Positions 1 to 9,338 of a DNA stretch of 64,000 nucleotides are shown here, in pieces. The DNA is taken from NCBI GenBank assembly GCA_963775685.1, contig CAVZJV010000014.1, positions 192,001 to 256,000 of the forward strand. The letters run 5' to 3'. The first letter of the stretch is position 1, and each line of letters begins with the position of its first letter. The position numbers were made by a program, and so were the translations under genes. The stretch is from Candidatus Bathyarchaeota archaeon. GTDB lineage: Archaea > Thermoproteota > Bathyarchaeia > Bathyarchaeales > Bathycorpusculaceae. The notes under the pieces were generated by a model, which was not told where the DNA came from, searched no databases, and worked only from the letters and a program-made list of their open reading frames with translations.

Positions 1-2
1 AA

Positions 3-2885
3 ACATTAGTTATCTCGATTGCAGCACTTTTAATAATTTCAATGGGAACATCAATGACACTTTTGCCCAATGCTTCGGCTCATGATCCCCCGTACGACAT
101 TCCAACCTACGCCTATATTGTTGCGGCACCTTCCCCGATTGGGGTCGGTCAGACAGCACATGTTTACATGTGGCTTGACGCTGTTTACGGCGCCGCTGGA
201 GGAAGAACTGCCATTGACCCTACGAACGGTTCTACTGCAAGCGCAGGTTTACTTTCAAACAACTACAGATTCCATAACTACAACCTAACTATAACGGCAC
301 CCGATGGCACTGTAACCACCCAGATTTTTCCAATTATCTCTGACACAACATCGTCACAATACATCACAATGACACCCGACCAAACTGGCATATACACATT
401 GAAATTCAATTTCCCAGGACAAACGTACGGTGAAAACGGTAACGGGTACGAGCAATCACCCCTAATTGGCGACCACTATCTAGATAGCTCTGCAACTACA
501 ACCTTGACAGTTCAGCAAGACCCGATCCCTCCAGCAAAAACCAGCAATCCACTTCCACAAAACTACTGGGCACGCCCAATCTACGGTGAAAACACTGACT
601 GGTGGACAATCTCGTCTAACTGGCTAGGATATGGTTCTCCCGCAGTAGGCGGATGGAGCAGCAGCGGAGGACAAGCTAACATGTACCATCAAGACGCTGT
701 AGGATCCTTGACTTCACACGTTATGTGGACTCGCCCACTTCAATTTGGAGGAGTTGTAGGAGGAAACCAGTTCCAACCTGGAGGCTCAGACCCTAATTCA
801 GATGCTTACGGAGTGGCATACTTCGAGGGTTCTTCATATGCACCAAGATTCTACTATCCGATAATAATGCAGGGAATACTCTACTACACTGAAACTGCAT
901 CTTTCACAGGATCCCCGATTTTGGGTGGTAGCAGCACAGGACCAACCGTCGCTATTGACCTTCGCACAGGAAAACAACTCTGGAGCAATCAGTTTATACC
1001 CCAACTTTCATTTGGATACCTATACAATCTTTGGGACCCTGACCAACATGGTGTCTACCCCGCAGTCCTAGTTGCAGTTGTATCAGGCAACTGGAATTTG
1101 TACGATGCAAACACAGGACTTCCTTTATTCAACGTAACAGGCGTTCCAGGCTTCGGAGCAGTGACAGTAATGGGCCCAAGTGGTGAACACTTAAAGTACC
1201 AACTGACAAACTATGGCACATCTGTGAATCCCGCATACTATTTGACTGAATGGAATTCATCCAAACTGTGGCTCTACGACGTTAACCCATACACTGGCGG
1301 TGGAAGTTTATCACCATCCATCATTAATGCAAGCAACAGAGCCCTCATTCAACAACTGCCTCTTCCAATTACAGGTACAACTGGGACTCTACCAACAGGT
1401 CAAAGCACACCAGCACCTTATGGTTCTACATTGATTGTCAATGGAAACATCCCTATTAACAGCGAAACTCTCGGTTTGACAGGCAAATACGCACAAGCAA
1501 TTACCACTTATGACTGGAACATTTCGATGCCTTGGGCCAACACCATGACTCCAGCACCATCTATCATCGCAGTTAACTATGGTGATGTGATGCTTTGCAG
1601 AAGTGGCAATTTACCCACTGGTTTCGCAGCAACTGGAACAGGCACAAACCAAGATCCATACCAATACTTCACTGTCAACCTCAACGCATCTAAAGGCGAA
1701 ATCGGCAGTGTACTGTGGACAAAGACATATACTCCGCCAGCAGGCAACCTTACTGTCATAGCAGAACCAACTGATTTCATTAACCGTGTCTTTACCTTCA
1801 GCTACCAAGAAACTATGCAATGGGTGGGATACAACCTTGACACAGGCGAAAAGATGTGGGGTCCAACCGATTCTCAAGCAGCCTTTGACTACTATGGCAA
1901 CCCAGGACAACCAACACTATTAGGTGTAATTGCTTACGGCCACCTCTACGTCGCATCATTCTCAGGAATTACCTATGCTTACAACGTTTTAACTGGCAAT
2001 CTAGACTGGACATATGGAAACGGCGGCGAAGGAAACAGCACAAACGCAGGCTTCAACGTCTTCTACGGTGACTACCCAACCCAGATACAATCAATATCTA
2101 ACGGAGTAATATACGAAGCAACCAACGAACATACTGTACCTAATCCAATCTACAAAGGCGCAGTAGTAACCGCTCTCAACGCCACCACCGGGGAAGAGAT
2201 ATTTAAACTCTCAGACTACCCAAGTGAATGGGCAACCGCTGGAACTGCATGGGCAACAGCAGACGGTTTCTTAACAATGATGAACGGCTATGACCAACAA
2301 ATCTACTGCTTAGGCCGAGGACCAAGCCAACTAACTGTTACTGCCCCCGATTTAGCAGCAGCATCAGGACAAGCTGTAGTGATACGAGGAACAGTCACGG
2401 ACATAGCGGCAGGCACACAACAAAGCCAGCAAGCATCAAACTTCCCCAACGGCGTACCATTAGCATCTGACACAATCATGCAAGATTGGATGGGCTATGT
2501 TTATCAACAGATGGCATTCCCAACCAACTTTGAAGGCGTACCAGTAACTATATCGGTTGTCGACTCTAACGGCAATTTCCGAGACATCGGTATCGCAACC
2601 TCAACCTCAAGCGGCACATTCAGCCTAACATGGACACCTGACATTGCAGGCGACTACACAGTCATTGCAACTTTCGCAGGCAACAATGCTTATTGGCCAT
2701 CATCCATGATGACTTCCTTCAACGTCATGGAACCACACCCAACAGTTGCACCCACAGCAGCGCCACCTGCATCAAACACTGACACATACCTATTGGCTTC
2801 ATCAGCAGCAATAATCGTCGTCATCATCATAGTCGGCGCATTAGTAGTGCTAATGAATCGAAAAAGAACAATCCCCGTCGTCTAA
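3..2885 (+). CDS. Large secreted PQQ-like beta-propeller surface protein with C-terminal TM anchor (5' end runs off the window)
   Basis: Frame is open upstream of ATG 42 with a hydrophobic signal stretch (LVISIAALLIIS). Repeated 'A.dl.TG..lW' blades, and C-terminal TDTYLL...hydrophobic helix + RKR. Confidence 0.75.
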   Translation, partial: TLVISIAALLIISMGTSMTLLPNASAHDPPYDIPTYAYIVAAPSPIGVGQTAHVYMWLDAVYGAAGGRTAIDPTNGSTASAGLLSNNYRFHNYNLTITAPDGTVTTQIFPIISDTTSSQYITMTPDQTGIYTLKFNFPGQTYGENGNGYEQSPLIGDHYLDSSATTTLTVQQDPIPPAKTSNPLPQNYWARPIYGENTDWWTISSNWLGYGSPAVGGWSSSGGQANMYHQDAVGSLTSHVMWTRPLQFGGVVGGNQFQPGGSDPNSDAYGVAYFEGSSYAPRFYYPIIMQGILYYTETASFTGSPILGGSSTGPTVAIDLRTGKQLWSNQFIPQLSFGYLYNLWDPDQHGVYPAVLVAVVSGNWNLYDANTGLPLFNVTGVPGFGAVTVMGPSGEHLKYQLTNYGTSVNPAYYLTEWNSSKLWLYDVNPYTGGGSLSPSIINASNRALIQQLPLPITGTTGTLPTGQSTPAPYGSTLIVNGNIPINSETLGLTGKYAQAITTYDWNISMPWANTMTPAPSIIAVNYGDVMLCRSGNLPTGFAATGTGTNQDPYQYFTVNLNASKGEIGSVLWTKTYTPPAGNLTVIAEPTDFINRVFTFSYQETMQWVGYNLDTGEKMWGPTDSQAAFDYYGNPGQPTLLGVIAYGHLYVASFSGITYAYNVLTGNLDWTYGNGGEGNSTNAGFNVFYGDYPTQIQSISNGVIYEATNEHTVPNPIYKGAVVTALNATTGEEIFKLSDYPSEWATAGTAWATADGFLTMMNGYDQQIYCLGRGPSQLTVTAPDLAAASGQAVVIRGTVTDIAAGTQQSQQASNFPNGVPLASDTIMQDWMGYVYQQMAFPTNFEGVPVTISVVDSNGNFRDIGIATSTSSGTFSLTWTPDIAGDYTVIATFAGNNAYWPSSMMTSFNVMEPHPTVAPTAAPPASNTDTYLLASSAAIIVVIIIVGALVVLMNRKRTIPVV

Positions 2886-2922
2886 GACAGGGAAAAACCA
2901 ATTTCTTTTTTCTTTTTTATTG

Positions 2923-3342
2923 TTAATTTTTGAGTGTTGGCAACCTTACTATATGTAGGCTTACTCCCAAAGCTATTAGTAGCAGAGCAACTTGCGCTAT
3001 GAAAATCTCGTCTAAAGCAAAAAAGGCAGAATAAATTATCCCAGTCCAAAGAACCGTCATCGCCAAGATTTTTGTTTTCAATGGAATCCCCCGTCCTTCT
3101 TGGTAATTTCTTATGTATTCTCCAAACCAACTGTTTCCCAGAAGCCACTTATGCATACGTTCTGAACTTCTTAAGTAGCAGGTGGCAGATAGCAGAAGGA
3201 AGGGAGTTGTTGGCAAAATGGGCAGAAATATTCCGATTGCACCTAAAGTAAGTGAAATTGTGCCTGCAACAAGTAACAATGCTCTGACTAGTTTGTGTTT
3301 CCTGTTCTTTTGTGCATTAATGTGCTCAATCGTGTTTTTCAT
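2923..3342 (-). CDS. YbaN/DUF454 family membrane protein
   Basis: GIFLPILPTTPFLLL...RSSERMHKWL signature. Confidence 0.9.
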   Translation of the reverse strand: MKNTIEHINAQKNRKHKLVRALLLVAGTISLTLGAIGIFLPILPTTPFLLLSATCYLRSSERMHKWLLGNSWFGEYIRNYQEGRGIPLKTKILAMTVLWTGIIYSAFFALDEIFIAQVALLLIALGVSLHIVRLPTLKN

Positions 3343-3459
3343 CGCTGTCTCGTTGCTTTAAACGCTTATCGTTAATAAAAAACATGCGTTACTTTGTTTA
3401 TGGATGGAATTTTTATAACTAACCTCAACCAACATAGGTATCCTAAACGGTAGAGCAGC

Positions 3460-4308
3460 ATGGACAAACTTGGCGGCTTCATAAAGTTAATGCGACCAGT
3501 CAACTGCACAATGATGGGTTTAGCCGTCGTTGTAGGCGCTGTTCTTGCCTCTCCTCATTTGGACGACCTTAACTGGCAAAGCATCCTGTTCGGGTTCCTA
3601 ACTGGATTTACCTTCTGTGCAGCTGCCATGGTGATCAACGACTATTATGATCGCAAAATCGATGCCATTAACGAGCCCCAGCGCCCCATTCCAAGCGGTA
3701 CAATAAAGCCTCAAGAAGCTTTGATATTTGTCGGGTTTCTTGCTGCAGTTGGCTTTGTCTTTGCTGGATTGGTTAGTGTTCTATGTTTTGCTGTAGCAGC
3801 AGCGTCTTTGGTGATAACTGCAACTTACATTACTGTAGGCAAACGGAGTGGGTTGCCTGGAAACTTTTTAGTCAGCATTTGTGTTGCTATCCCTTTCATT
3901 TATGGTAGCATAACTGTCCTGGGAGCAGTTGGGTTAAATGTGCTGTTGTTTGCATTCATGGCTTTTCTCTCTAATACGGGCAGGGAAATAACCAAGGGGA
4001 TTGTGGATGTGAAGGGTGACAGCGCTGAAGGCGTTAAAACAATCGCAGTGAGGTTCGGAGAAAAGAATGCGGCTTTTGTGGCGGTGGTATTCTTTGTTTT
4101 TGCTGTTGCCTTAACGCCTGTTACGTGGTTTCTGGGGTTAGTTGGCGTATGGTTTATTCCATTTGTTTTAGTCACAGATATTGGGCTAATTGTGTGCTCG
4201 TTACTGTTGCTCTTGGATCATTCACGGGAAAAAGCACGAAAAATCAAGAAAGTTGTTCTGTATCTGTTCTTGATGGGTTTGCTCGCGTATATCTTTGGGG
4301 TTATTTAA
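3460..4308 (+). CDS. UbiA-family prenyltransferase, probably digeranylgeranylglyceryl phosphate synthase
   Basis: RPVN, NDYYDRKIDAINEPQRPIPSG and REITKGIVDVKGD motifs; multiple TM helices. Confidence 0.85.
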   Translation: MDKLGGFIKLMRPVNCTMMGLAVVVGAVLASPHLDDLNWQSILFGFLTGFTFCAAAMVINDYYDRKIDAINEPQRPIPSGTIKPQEALIFVGFLAAVGFVFAGLVSVLCFAVAAASLVITATYITVGKRSGLPGNFLVSICVAIPFIYGSITVLGAVGLNVLLFAFMAFLSNTGREITKGIVDVKGDSAEGVKTIAVRFGEKNAAFVAVVFFVFAVALTPVTWFLGLVGVWFIPFVLVTDIGLIVCSLLLLLDHSREKARKIKKVVLYLFLMGLLAYIFGVI

Positions 4309-4322
4309 ATACATGAAGGCAA

Positions 4323-5003
4323 TTAGGCATGTGTGGGTGAACCGCATTTCTTGCAAAATGAAGCTTTGTTTTTATTCTCAGCTCCGCAAGAACTGCAAAT
4401 TAACCCGGCGTAATTGTTAATTTCATCTTTTATTTTCATGCCGCAACGTTCGCAGAATAATGCGTCAGAGTCATTTTTTGAACCACAGTATTTACAGTTG
4501 AGAGTATTTGATTCTTCTTGGGGAGTCCTCAATCCTGAATTGCCTAATATTGAGGTTTTACCTTTCAGCATTTCGAAAGTTGGCAAGAAATCTAATAGTT
4601 GCATAAACTGTTCTTGATTTGGCGCAAATTTTGAAACACACTCTTCGCTTAAAATAATAAACTTTGGTTTCTTTCCTGAAATTAGTTTGACTTCTTCTAT
4701 TTCTTCGTATGTGTAAAAGCAGCTTTTTTTGCTGAGTTCTAGTTTTTTGTTAAGAGGTAAACTGTTGATTTCTTCTTCCATCTTTTGTCGGTTGATCTGT
4801 TTATCGTTGGTATTAGGCAAGGCGGTCGGTGCAATCCCATAGAGTGAAGAAGGATACCCATCTATATGCTCGAAACGACTGCTGTGTCCCATACAAACGA
4901 TTGCAATACGCTTGTCAGTAAAAACGACATCATACCGCGTGGGATTATCGAGCGGTAACAGAATATCCTTAATAACTCCAAGTTGGCGTTCAGAATCTGG
5001 CAT
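4323..5003 (-). CDS. Double zinc-ribbon domain protein
   Basis: C-terminal CKYCG..FCERCG and CSSCG..FCKKCG. ATG at 5003 preferred as start. Confidence 0.7.
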   Translation of the reverse strand: MPDSERQLGVIKDILLPLDNPTRYDVVFTDKRIAIVCMGHSSRFEHIDGYPSSLYGIAPTALPNTNDKQINRQKMEEEINSLPLNKKLELSKKSCFYTYEEIEEVKLISGKKPKFIILSEECVSKFAPNQEQFMQLLDFLPTFEMLKGKTSILGNSGLRTPQEESNTLNCKYCGSKNDSDALFCERCGMKIKDEINNYAGLICSSCGAENKNKASFCKKCGSPTHA

Positions 5004-5238
5004 GGTTAAAAGCCTCAATACAATATTGCCTATTTACTTTTTTAAGCTTTATGAGATTGGACCATTAACTTACTCTTCTACTCTACTGACATCCGAAGGC
5101 TGGTGTATTGGACGTAACCCGGCTTTGGCTTAGTAATTTTCTACTACTTTCCCTCATTGTTATCCCTGATGTCTTGATACTGAATATCTAGTTATAAATT
5201 TTAAGGATTATCGTTCTATAAAATCAATTAAAAAACTG

Positions 5239-5366
5239 TTAGCATCCCTTTTTGAATTCATTTCCACATTTGTTACAACTGTAAACTTCCAAGCAGAAGT
5301 AAGAGTTCGCTATTTTTCTTTCTGGCTTAGATACACCATTTCCGCATTTGGGGCACAGGCAAGCAC
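5239..5366 (-). CDS. Small CPxCG...CxxCG zinc-ribbon protein (not in ORF track; start uncertain)
   Basis: Manual translation: CPKCGNGVSKPERKIANSYFCLEVYSCNKCGNEFKKGC*. The GTG at 5366 is out of frame, suggesting an indel. Confidence 0.5.
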
Positions 5367-5536
5367 TGAGATACCTTTAAATCTAGAATATTTAGAAAAA
5401 TATGGTTTCTATAAAAAGTATTGTTGTCACAACGGAAAAAACAAAAGTTCGTTTTCTGGCTAAACTAAGTTTCAACGGTTCTTTCTTTGAACGTACCAAA
5501 GAGGTTATATGGTAAACCCCCAAATATACGCTATAC

Positions 5537-5765
5537 GTGACCTTCTTGGATAGACTTGAAGCAATGGCGATGCTAAAACAGTTGATGGATAGCGATTTAG
5601 TCGAACCTTCTTATGTTTCAATGGTTCAAGTAAAGCCTAACCAATTCCAGATTCAAATTAAGTGTGATTACAATAAGCAACAGATACACGAATTTTCAAA
5701 AAAAAAATGGCTTAACCATAACAGAAGATAAAGACCCAAAATACTTTGTTATCTTTAAACCATAG
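5537..5765 (+). CDS. Small hypothetical protein, frameshifted in an A10 run
   Basis: Removing one A at ~5698-5707 extends the frame as ...FSKKNGLTITEDKDPKYFVIFKP*. Confidence 0.5.
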
Positions 5766-5820
5766 CTGTCCAACTCTAAGTGTGCAGGATGACTTTGAAT
5801 AGCTGTATTCTAAACTTTTC

Positions 5821-5944
5821 TTCGCAAGGTTTTCTTTCCCATACAAAACTGTCCGAAAAAAATTTTCGTTTAAATTTCTATGTTCGCAAGGTTTTCTTTC
5901 CCATACAAAACTATCCGAAAAAAACTTTCGGTTAAATTTCTATG
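5821..5944. repeat. Tandem 62-bp direct repeat, 2 copies (59/62 identical)
   Basis: 5821-5882 and 5883-5944, TTCGCAAGGTTTTCTTTCCCATACAAAACT...AAATTTCTATG. Confidence 0.95.
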
Positions 5945-6023
5945 TATATATCTGTATATCAACAGATTGGTGATTTCCCCACCCTTGCCAATCAAACCCC
6001 TTTTTCTTTTTTTGGAGGCTTCT

Positions 6024-6224
6024 ATGTTAAGTGAAGCCGAGTTTACGGTTTCGGGTTTTAAATCGCGTAAGCATGAATACCGAGCCGACAAGGGTAAAAA
6101 ACATAGTTATCCAGAGCAGAGAGCAGCGCCCTATACGTATTGTAGTAAGAGGCGTTTAGGGAAGCGGAACGACAAAAACCAAATTCCTATTTACTATTAT
6201 TTACCGCGCGGAAGCTACGCTTAA
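6024..6224 (+). CDS. Small basic hypothetical protein
   Basis: GGAGG Shine-Dalgarno (SD) site just before ATG 6024; K/R-rich, 66 aa. Confidence 0.5.
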   Translation: MLSEAEFTVSGFKSRKHEYRADKGKKHSYPEQRAAPYTYCSKRRLGKRNDKNQIPIYYYLPRGSYA

Positions 6225-6246
6225 AGAAAAGGTTCGTGGATTTATC

Positions 6247-6558
6247 TCAGTCAAGAAGTCCTCTTTCCACTCTGTAATTACGACCTTTTTTCTTCTGCAT
6301 CTTCTTCTGTAACGGTCTCATAGGCGCTTTTTTGGATGCTTTAGATTCAACATAAAGATGTTCTCTTCCTTTAACAGCATCAAAATCGTATCCGGTTTTC
6401 CTAGTCGTTGTAGTGTAACCAGCCATAGCATATTTTACTTCATCAAGTTTCTGTTTGCCTAAACCAATTTCTCTATTTTGATTAACCCGAATCCTTTTTG
6501 CCACTTTGCTTGGGTTAGAGCGCTTCTTTTTTCTTCTTTTTTGAACCAAACAAATCAA
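6247..6558 (-). CDS. Small basic PD-(D/E)XK nuclease-like protein (DUF3883/Hjc-like)
   Basis: GY....GYDFDAVKG....YVESKA pattern followed by a 'MRPLQ' helix. Confidence 0.6.
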   Translation of the reverse strand: MICLVQKRRKKKRSNPSKVAKRIRVNQNREIGLGKQKLDEVKYAMAGYTTTTRKTGYDFDAVKGREHLYVESKASKKAPMRPLQKKMQKKKGRNYRVERGLLD

Positions 6559-6766
6559 AGTCGATGCTCATAATAACGCTTCTATATCTTAGAGATTTTG
6601 TTTATAACTCTTGCTATTAAAAGGTCACTTGTAATCGAAAGAAGACTGAAAAAAAACTAAAAGCCTAATAATAGAACATACTCTCTTTTTCTTTTTTTGG
6701 AGGCTTTTTAGTTGTTTAGCGAATTAACCAAAGCTTAAGAGTGCTATCAGTAGACAACAGTTAACG

Positions 6767-7051
6767 GTGAATAAAATGGAACTGGGAAAGGAACTAGAAG
6801 AGTATGTTCGTTCTGTATGCACTAACATTCAAAATGGGATAACAGACGGGCTGATGCTTGATGGTGCGATAGAGTTTGAGTTAGCAGTTGTAAACACAAA
6901 AGAGGTTGGCGGGGGTTTGAAGCTATTTGTTTTGGATGCAAGAGGTGACTACAGCAAAGAGGAAATCAGTAAAATCAAGTTCAAAATCGCTAAAAAACCT
7001 CGACCCCCGAAAGTGGGGGGTGGGTCTGTGCCGAGTCTGTTCGATAGATAA
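6767..7051 (+). CDS. Trypsin-co-occurring (Trypco2)-like small protein
   Basis: LEEYVRSV..I..G...IEFELAV..TKE.GGGLKLFVL...S.IKFKI pattern. Confidence 0.55.
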   Translation: MNKMELGKELEEYVRSVCTNIQNGITDGLMLDGAIEFELAVVNTKEVGGGLKLFVLDARGDYSKEEISKIKFKIAKKPRPPKVGGGSVPSLFDR

Positions 7052-7079
7052 TTCTCTTCTTCTATTTTTCTAATTTAAT

Positions 7080-7197
7080 GTCCATGAAGTCAATTTTCTT
7101 AGAAGTATTCTGTATTAGGATTATCCACTTGTTTTTGCCTTCAATTGTTATTCCACAGCTTCGCTTGGGGTTTTGCCGTCTAAGGCTTCATGCGGTC
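7080..7197 (-). pseudogene. C-terminal remnant of an archaeal DDE (IS6-like) transposase
   Basis: Manual translation across one frameshift: PHEALDGKTPSEA/CGITIEGKNKWIILIQN. Confidence 0.65.
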
Positions 7198-7334
7198 AAA
7201 GAAAGCGTATGTTTAGAAAAAGCAGCTCAACCGAAGGAAAACAAATAGACAATTGTTTAGATTGACTACTGCTATTGGAATTTATCCTTAAACCCTTCAA
7301 GCGGTAAAATGACTGTGAGGCTGAAGAGTAGAGA

Positions 7335-7511
7335 ATGAAGCCAAAAGTCACAAAGAAAAAACGTGCTAAAATCTTAATGACTGAATTGGAATTGGCAAAC
7401 AGTGCCTTACTAAATGAGCAGCTCTACAAGGACCTAGGCGCTTACAAGGAACATAAGAAACTGCAAAGACAAATTCATCAACGTCAAGGCTGGATGGAGT
7501 ACATCCGATAA
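7335..7511 (+). CDS. 58-aa basic hypothetical protein (not in ORF track)
   Basis: MKPKVTKKKRAKILMTEL...WMEYIR*; TAATG overlap with the next ORF. Confidence 0.55.
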   Translation: MKPKVTKKKRAKILMTELELANSALLNEQLYKDLGAYKEHKKLQRQIHQRQGWMEYIR

Positions 7512-7675
7512 TGAGACGCATTTTCTATGTTATGCGTCAATCCACAGTAACCCGATGCAACAACCCAGAATCCCCAGTTTGCCATGTCTTAATCAAAAAG
7601 GGCGACATAGTTTTTGTTTCTGCAACCGGAAAAATCAAGCATCAAACCTGCTATGAGAGGTGCCTTATTGACTAA
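7511..7675 (+). CDS. 54-aa Cys/His zinc-finger-like protein (not in ORF track)
   Basis: MRRIFY...RCNNPESPVCHVLIKKGD...KHQTCYERCLID*; overlaps neighbours at both ends. Confidence 0.55.
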   Translation: MRRIFYVMRQSTVTRCNNPESPVCHVLIKKGDIVFVSATGKIKHQTCYERCLID

Positions 7676-7970
7676 CCCCGCAAACAAGTGGGCTAAACAC
7701 CGCAAACCCGATTTAATCCGTAAAGTTTTCCCTAGCAAACATGGCTGTCAACACCGAGGATGCAAAGAAAAACGCGTAAGCAAACTTCAATTCGCACACA
7801 CCAAACAAACCCCTTTAAGCCGCACAGGTCCACGCGGCAGAAAAGAAAAATTCGCAGACATCAACAAGCATCCAGAAGCCTACAAAGTTGAATGCCATAA
7901 ACACCATTTAACCGATAAAGCCCCTGCGAAACATGACGCAAGAATGCGGCGCTTAGGGAAGCGAAGGTGA
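7668..7970 (+). CDS. HNH-like (His-Me finger) basic protein
   Basis: C-x4-C...LQFAH...YKVECHKHH arrangement; GAGGTG SD before TTG 7668. Confidence 0.55.
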   Translation: MTNPANKWAKHRKPDLIRKVFPSKHGCQHRGCKEKRVSKLQFAHTKQTPLSRTGPRGRKEKFADINKHPEAYKVECHKHHLTDKAPAKHDARMRRLGKRR

Positions 7971-8043
7971 TTGTATGGCAAGACAAAAAATAAGAATTCA
8001 ACAAGCAAGAAAAAAGAAACCCTACTATTAAGGAGAAAACAAA

Positions 8044-8532
8044 ATGCGACCTCGAATAAGTCAAGATGAAGCGCAATACATTGTATCTCTACTAGATGTA
8101 AGTAGCTATGTTCTAACAGAAAAAGAAAAAGAGATAAATCGTTTATCAGTTGAGGTAAAGCAGCTTCGAGATATGATTTTATTAGACACATACAAAGCAA
8201 GCCAAGTTTTTAAAATCCGAGAGAAAAAAGAACGTCTAAAAAAATTGGAAATACTAAAGTTTAATCTCTATTCAAATATTGAACTTCACATAAAACTTAG
8301 AGAAAAATACCTGGCTATCGCAGAAAACAAACCCCATGACGGCCGCTATAAATCCTTGTCAACAAAAAAGCGTTTTAGATATACGGATTCTAAGTCTTTA
8401 ACTTCTTTAGCGTTGACTGATACCTCAATTAATGCAGAGGAAGAAAAACAAATCTCGGAATATTACGAGAAATATATTAGAGGTCATGTTCCAAACAAAA
8501 AGTTCTTGGGTGGAATAGGAGTTTTCAGATGA
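8044..8532 (+). CDS. Hypothetical coiled-coil protein
   Basis: GGAG SD; 162 aa, K/E/L-rich. Confidence 0.65.
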   Translation: MRPRISQDEAQYIVSLLDVSSYVLTEKEKEINRLSVEVKQLRDMILLDTYKASQVFKIREKKERLKKLEILKFNLYSNIELHIKLREKYLAIAENKPHDGRYKSLSTKKRFRYTDSKSLTSLALTDTSINAEEEKQISEYYEKYIRGHVPNKKFLGGIGVFR

Positions 8533-8630
8533 AATTAATTAAAAGAATTAGCTTTAATTGTTTTTTATTATTTGGTAATTCAAAGTTAATTATCTATGGA
8601 AAAAAACTAATTAGGAGTAATTAGAAAAAA

Positions 8631-9338
8631 ATGCAGGAATACCATAGATTAAATGTTTATGATTATGTTAACGAGTTTTGCGGTTGGGCCGCCTTAGAAG
8701 AATTAACAAAGTACGCAGGTTCTCCAAGAAACGAATTATATCTATTAGGTTTGATTAAAACAAGTGGCAGAGCTACAGAGGTTTTATGCCTTGAAAAAGA
8801 AAACTTTAATGTTATTCCTAAAAAGAAATACATCTTAGTTCAAAACATGAAACTTGAAAAGCGGTGGCGCAAAGTAAAGCTGCAGGATGGTTCAAGCGTA
8901 AGAGAACACATGGAAGCAATAAGAAAACCTTTCCCAGTATTATTGAAAGAACCATTAAGTCAAGAGCTTTTAGAACATTTAGAAGCAAGCAAAGACGGTG
9001 GTTTATTTGTTAGCCCATACAAAGCGCATAAACCATTAACGCGAGATTGGGGCTATAAGCTGATACGAAGAATAAATGATGATATTCCAAGATCGCTGTT
9101 CAATCGGTTGGGCTTGAATATTACGTTTAGGGATAGAGTAACGCAGGCAGCTACAGCAGACATGATTCATTTATGGCAACATTGGTTTAGAAGTAAAAGA
9201 GCCAGCCAGCTAAGAGCCGAATATGATTTTAGTGAACCCGACTTAATGGAGTTCTTTGGTTGGCTTGACTATAAGACAGCTCTGCATTATAGCAAGTTGG
9301 GCGCGTCTAACTTAGCTAAAAAGATGCTAAAAGCCTAA
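8631..9338 (+). CDS. Minimal tyrosine recombinase (catalytic domain only)
   Basis: TSGRATE (R), LEK (K), HWFR (HxxR), FFGW and HY catalytic residues; 235 aa. Confidence 0.85.
   Translation: MQEYHRLNVYDYVNEFCGWAALEELTKYAGSPRNELYLLGLIKTSGRATEVLCLEKENFNVIPKKKYILVQNMKLEKRWRKVKLQDGSSVREHMEAIRKPFPVLLKEPLSQELLEHLEASKDGGLFVSPYKAHKPLTRDWGYKLIRRINDDIPRSLFNRLGLNITFRDRVTQAATADMIHLWQHWFRSKRASQLRAEYDFSEPDLMEFFGWLDYKTALHYSKLGASNLAKKMLKA

Larger units (their letters stand above)
6000..6706. repeat. Identical 22-bp direct repeats at 6000-6021 and 6685-6706
   Basis: CTTTTTCTTTTTTTGGAGGCTT occurs twice. Confidence 0.9.

Noticed and set aside
5698-5707. A10 run as a phase-variation switch
   Set aside because: Cannot be told apart from the homopolymer indel errors seen throughout the window.
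5821-5944. 62-bp repeats as a CRISPR array
   Set aside because: Only two directly abutting copies, no spacers, too long, and no cas genes.
5880-6023. N-terminal part of ORF 5880..6224 and antisense ORF 5870..6091
   Set aside because: They run through the tandem repeat and T tracts; the SD-supported start is ATG 6024.
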